DNA from: the human T2T-CHM13v2.0 reference genome, Homo sapiens | Strand: one strand, 5' to 3' | Length of the DNA stretch: 64,000 nucleotides | NCBI RefSeq assembly: GCF_009914755.1 | Contig: NC_060948.1 | Shown here: positions 57,590 through 64,000 of the stretch, one piece after another | How positions within the stretch are numbered: the first letter of the stretch is position 1 | How the letters are laid out: each line of letters starts with the position of its first letter | Program-made: the position numbers and the translations under genes | The notes under the pieces: generated by a model | What the model was told of the DNA's origin: nothing | Database searches by the model: none | Seen by the model: the letters and a program-made list of their open reading frames with translations, nothing else

Positions 57590-59849
57590 TACTTTTTTAA
57601 AATTTCAACATATTTTTGGGTAAAAGTGATTTTTGGTTACATGAGTAAATTATGTAGTGGTGAAGTCTGAGATTTTAGTGCAGCCATCACCTGAGTAGAG
57701 CACATTTTACCAATTTCGTAAAATATTTTTTATTTTTATAGATTCAGGTTTATGTGTACGTGTCTGACAGGTAACTCTTCAACAGTCATCTCCTCTGACA
57801 TCCTCCCTTTTGAAATTTCCAGTGTCTATTATTTTTCTCTGTGTGTCCATGTCATCTCACTGTTTAACTCACAGTTATAAGTGAGAACATATAGTATTTG
57901 ATTTTCTCTTCCTTAGCTATTTTTGTTACTGGTTTAATTTTGTTACTCATTATATGTCTGTTTAGGGTTCATAAGTATACCTTGGTCAATTTTGGGAGGC
58001 TGTATGCTTTCAGGAATTTAATTATTTTGTTCACTTTTCCAGTTTGTTCATGTAGAAATGCTCATAGTCATTTTTAATAATCTTTCGTATTCCTATAGTA
58101 TCAGCTACAATGTTACCTTTATTCTTTCTGATTGTGCTTACTTAAATCTTCCTTTTTTCATATTTAATCTTACTAGCAGTCTATTATTTTGTTTGCTTTT
58201 TAAACAATTTTTTGGTTTATTATTCCTTTGTATTGCTTTTCTAAATTATCTCAATTCTATTTAGTTTCTGATGTTTGTTATATATTTATTTCTGCTAACT
58301 TTGGGTGTTCTTGTAATTTTATTTTCTTGGGGTAAAATAAATGATTGTTAATTGGAGATATTTCTAACTTTTTTACGTAGACATTTAACACTATAAACTT
58401 TTCTTTTTTGCACTTCTTGCAAGGGTTTCCACACCACAAAGAGGGTTTTGTGTGTTGTGTGATAATTTAAATTTCAAAATTTTTTGATCTCTGCTTTAAT
58501 TTTCCCATATACTCAAAGGTTATTTAGAAGCAAGTTATTTAGTTTCTATATAATCACATAGATTTGAGTTATTATTGTATAGATTTGTAATTTTATTATT
58601 TTATGATTATTAAGAGCTTTAGTACTCACTGTGGTTTATTTTATAATTTTTTATTTTGTGGGTTTATATTTGATGTATATATTTATGTGTTAGATGAGAT
58701 ACAGTCATGCAATATTTAGTAACCACGTAACGGAAAATTGGGTATCCCCCTCCTCAAGGATTTATTCTTTATGTTATGAACAATCTAATTATGCTCTTTT
58801 ATCTATATTAAGGTGTATAATGAAAGTACTAATGACTATAGTTTCCCTGTTGTGCTATCAAATACTAGGTCTCATTCATCTTTTCCGACTTGTTTGGTAC
58901 CGATTTGCCATGTCCATATTCTCCCCAACTCTCATCTATCCTTCTCAGTCCCTGGTAATTATCTCTTTCCTCCTTATCTCCATGAGTTTAATTGTATTGA
59001 CTACTTTAGCTCTTAGACATAAATGAAAAAAACAATGTCAATCTTTTTGTGCCTGGTATATCTCATTTTAACATATTGACCTTCAGGTCCACCAATGCTA
59101 TTGCAAATTACAAAACCTCATTCACTTTTATGGCTGATTGGTACTCCATTGATCTTATGGATCACAGTTTTCTTCTAAATCTTGGCTATTGTGAACAGTG
59201 CTCCAAGAAACATGACAATGAATGTATCTTTGATATACTGATTTTCTTTCTTTTGTATATATAGCCAGCAGTGGTATTGCTAAATTATATGATAGCACTA
59301 TTATAATTACTTATTTTCAAAAATGAATAATAAACTGTCTTTAACATTATACTTTGCTTTTTGATGTTTTGTTGTTTTTGTTCATCTTTCTGTACTATGT
59401 CTTTCAAAGTTGTTGTAGTTATTTTTGATTGGTTGACTATTAAGTCTTTCTACTTAAGAGTAGTTTATACACCTCAGTTACAGTGTTATAACACTCTGTG
59501 TTTTTCTGTGTACTTAGTGTTAACAGTGAGTTTTTCCACCTTTGGAAGTTTCTCATTGCCCATTAATGTTATTTTATTTTAGATTAAATAACTCTTTTTA
59601 TTTATTATTTATTTATTTATTTTTTAACAGATATGTGTTGATGAAGTCCCTCAGTTTTTGTTTGGAAAAGTCGTTATTTCTCCTTTATGCATAAAGAATA
59701 TTTTCATTGGGTATACTATTCTAGCATCAAAAGTTTTCATTTCTCTTCAGCACTTTAAATATGTTATGCCTTTCTTTCTTGGCCTGTAAAGTTTCCACTG
59801 AAAGACTGCTGCGAGATGTATTGCATCTCCATTGCATATTACTTGTTAA

Positions 59850-60166
<317 letters not shown>

Positions 60167-60347
60167 TTCTTGTTGCTTTTGAATCCTTTTTCAGTCTGGC
60201 TTTTGGGAGTTTGATTATTAAATTCCTTGAGGTAGTCTTTTTTGCATTAGATCTGCTTGGTGTTGTATCACTATCTACTTGAATGTTGATGTATTTCTGT
60301 AAGTTTGAAAAGTTCTTGTTATTTTCCCTTTGAAGAAAGTTTCCCCG

Positions 60348-60655
<308 letters not shown>

Positions 60656-61304
60656 CATGTCTCTTTTTCTACCTTCTCCTTAAAGTAAAAGCTAGTAACT
60701 CTTAGATTTCCCCTTTTCAGCTATTTTCTGGATCTGCTAGCCATGCCTTATTATTTTTTCTTTCTTAGTAATCCTCTGTATATATTCATATAGCCTGTCT
60801 TCATACTCACTAATATCCTCTTATGCTTGATCCGTTATGCTGTTAATAGACTCTGATGCATTCTTTAACATGTCAGTAGCATTTTCAACTCAATTTCTAA
60901 TTGCTTCTTTTTCATGATTTTAGTCTCTTATGTAAATTTACTTAATGCATTTTACTTAATTTACTTATGTAAATTTACTTATGTATTTCCTTATGTAAAT
61001 TTAGTTAATGACTTTCCCCTCTGTTATTTTGAATTTTTTTGCGTTCCCTCAAAACTGCTATTTTGAGTTCTCTGCCTGAAAAATCACATAGCTGTCTCTC
61101 CAGGAGTAGTCCCTAGTACCTTCTTTAGTTTATTTGATGAGGTCATGTTTCATGGATGGTCTTAATGCTTGTAGATGATTCTCAGTGTCTGTGCATTGAA
61201 GATTTTCCAATTTTGTTCATAAAAAGCATTCGAATAAATCCAAAACTTAACAAAATAATACCAAGTATCTTCTCACATCAAAGTTGAATAAAATTACAAA
61301 TCAA

Positions 61305-61620
61305 AGGGATAGAGCAAGATGGCAGAATAGAAGCCTACACTCTTCATCATCCCACTGGAAAAGAAAATTTGTACAACTATTGTCACACAGGAAAGATCAT
61401 CACAAGAATCAAAAAATTAAATAAGAAATAACAGTACCTGGTTTTAACCTCACATTGCTATAAGGGACACTAAGGAGGGCAAAAGAGATAATCTTTAATC
61501 ACCAGTGCCACTCCTCCGGCACCAAGTCCATTCAAGTACTTGGGAAGTCTTCCCAAAAAATACAGGCACAGAAAAAAAGCCATCTATGAAGACTTCAATA
61601 CATACCTAGCTCTTCAATGC
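61305..61620 (+). mobile_element. Old L1M-type 5' end fragment
   Basis: 'gagcaagatggcagaatagaagcc...aacagtacctggttttaac'. Confidence 0.6.
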
Positions 61621-63210
61621 TCTTAATTTTTGGATTTATTGGAATGCTTTTTATGAAAAAGTATATGGTCAATTTTGGAAAATATTCAATGTAAACATGA
61701 GAAAAGCATATATTTTATAATAGTTGTTCACTATAATTAGTAAATATCTATTAGGTTTGAGTCCAATTTAATTCAAGTATTTATTTGTTATTTTTTCTCT
61801 TGATGATTTCTATTGTGTTTCAGTGGAATGCAGTAGTCTTATAGAATCCTATTGAATGGAACACTTTATATAACAAACTTTCTCTTTTTATTGCTGTTGT
61901 TGATTTAAAGTATCCTTTGTTTGAGATTATATAATAGCTACTCCTGCTACCTTTCTCTGTTTGCATAGTGTATTATTTTCTACCTTATTATGTCAAGTTC
62001 TGGAGTGTCTACCTGTTAGCTGTGTCTCTTTTAGGCAGCAGAGATTTGGAGCATGTGTTATCCTACAAGTCTTTTAAGAGGGGTTTTTAAACAATTTATA
62101 TTTCAGGTTAATGTTGATATACAGGGTCTTTTTCCTCTCAACGTTACCTACTTGTTTTGTGGTGTCAGTTGTGCAGTTGCTTTATGGGATCTGTTAGCTT
62201 TGTATTTATGTGCCCTTTCATAATGCTGAATATTGTTCTTTCATTCCCATATTTAGAACTTCTTTGAGAATTCCTTGTAGAATGATCTCATGGTAACAAA
62301 TTCCCTTCACATTTGCTCATTGGAAAAATAATTAACTTCTCCTTTACATGAGGCTTTATTTATCAGCATACAAAATATTTGGCTGCACTTTTTTCTTTAG
62401 GAAGACTGAAAATAGAATCTTATTCCTTCTGGCCTATAGGTTTTTCTACTAAATAAAGTCTATTGTCAATTTGATTGACTTTATTTTATATATGATTTGA
62501 TTCTTCCTTCTTATTTCTTTCAGAATTTGTTCCTTCACATTTACTTTTGAATACTCTGATGATTATATGCCTTATTGATAATCATCTTGCAAAGCATCTT
62601 TCAGGTTATACTTCAGCTTATTTTAAAAGATCTAAATGGCTACAGTGATCAGAGAAGAGAAACTTTTTTTTCTGGATTATATTATCAAATGAGTTTTTCA
62701 AACTTTTTACTATTTATTGTTTTTTTCTCAAGGGTGCTTTAAGGGATACAAGACTTTAAGGTATAAATGGAAAGAGAAAAAGAAAGCCTGTAACTTATAG
62801 CATCTATCACTATGCACTCCCATATTTCTCGAAGCCTTTTCCCAGTTTTTATATTTTTTCCTTTTTTCATTTGTTTTTAAAGTTTTATATTTTTCTACTG
62901 GGATAGCTTAAAAGTCTTTTCTTCAAGTTCTGAATCTTTTTCTTCTGCTTGGTTTACTTTATTATAGCTTTCAATTGTATTTTGTAACTTGTGAGTAAAT
63001 TTTTCTAGGTTTTTGTTTGGCTATTACCAGTTTATCTCTTCTTTCATATTTGCATTTTTTTTCTGATTTATTTGTGTTGATATCTGACTTTCTCATGGAT
63101 CTCACTGAGCTTTCTTATAATCCATATTTGCACTTTTAAAAATCTGTTTTTACATAATTTTTATTTTAGTTAGAATCCATTACTGGAGACCTAATATGAA
63201 TTTTCTCTTT
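61620..63210 (-). mobile_element. Old L1 ORF2-EN to ORF1 fragment
   Basis: 'atagctactcctgctacc', 'ccttctggcctatagg..tttctact', 'gaatccattactggagacc'. Confidence 0.6.
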
Positions 63211-63749
63211 ACCCATAAGTGCAGAAATAACTGGGTCCTCTCCTACAAGAGCTTTACATGTATGTACCTTCAGCCCTCTGGAACATTTCAGGGTAACTAC
63301 ATCCCCACAGGAAGAGCATTCTTCAGGTTCAAGCATGCATGAAAGGTGGAGTAAAAATGCATCCCTACTTGGAATGTCAACGTACCTATAGATAAAAATG
63401 GTATTTGCCCAGTTTGAGCAGCCAGACCCTTGTTCAGAAGAAAGTCTGAGAGGTGGATCACTTTCCTGCAGGCCTGGCAAGGGAGATGAGGTTGTTTCCA
63501 CCCTTTCCCTGATAAGATGTCAGTGTGTTTTACTGAGATCTCCCAAAGCAATCTCTGCCAACCTTCTGCTATTAAGTATTTCAACTATTAACCTGCTTTA
63601 GCTACAACCAATTTCTACCCAGAGAGACCTCCCCTAAAACCATGAAGCCTAAACTTTTAAATACAGTAAACAAAATGGAAACAAAATAAATAAATAAAAT
63701 GTGCATGTAATGGGGGAACAAGGTGAGCTTAAAGAGACCTCTGTCATTT

Positions 63750-64000
63750 CAAACTTATAGGTAACAGTGAACTTGCTCTCACACTCAGTACACTTCTACT
63801 ACAACCAGCATCTGAGAAAGCTATTACATAAAAATTTTCTCAGTCTGCACCCCTGAAAGCAGAAAGTGCCAAATTAGTCTAGAATAAGCTATAAGTATTA
63901 AAAAATATCATCCTTAAGGTGAAAAATTTCAAAACAGAAAATTTAGAAAATTAAAAATATGTATAACTTGTCTACCCAAATGAGAAGGAACCAGAAAAAT
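63750..64000 (+). mobile_element. L1MA/PB-type late 5'UTR and ORF1 start, running off the window
   Basis: 'gtctacccaaatgagaaggaaccagaaaaat'. Confidence 0.6.

Noticed and set aside
63166-63601. Cluster of 67-111 aa ORFs
   Set aside because: Non-ATG or overlapping short ORFs with no recognisable motif, adjacent to old L1 sequence.

Overview
Primate (human or great-ape-like) DNA made almost entirely of nested retroelements; I found no intact cellular gene, RNA gene or CRISPR array. Contents: (1) three full-length but dead L1s, L1PA5-like (+) 171-6150, L1PA4-like (-) 32600-38790 and L1PA2/late-PA3-like (+) 48649-54670; (2) a two-LTR class I provirus of HERV-I/HERVIP10 (LTR10B-like) type on the minus strand at 7917-16549, which splits an AluSc; (3) a decayed MER4-group provirus (-) at about 28776-43597; (4) solo LTRs (MER50-, MER41A-, MER11-, LTR13-, LTR25- and MLT2A-like), about ten Alus, and older L1PA15/L1PB/L1M hosts. 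The signals not explained by ordinary repeat annotation are: at least four short inserts that look copied from DNA, two with clear donors 1.8-2.5 kb away in the window, suggesting polymerase-theta or template-switch repair scars; rare variants shared by the two inverted L1s, suggesting gene conversion; a tRNA-Lys-type PBS and a CpG-retaining tandem-repeat block in the provirus; and a very young AluYi6-like insertion. Subfamily names come from remembered consensus diagnostics and need RepeatMasker/Dfam confirmation. I do not see a new gene system.
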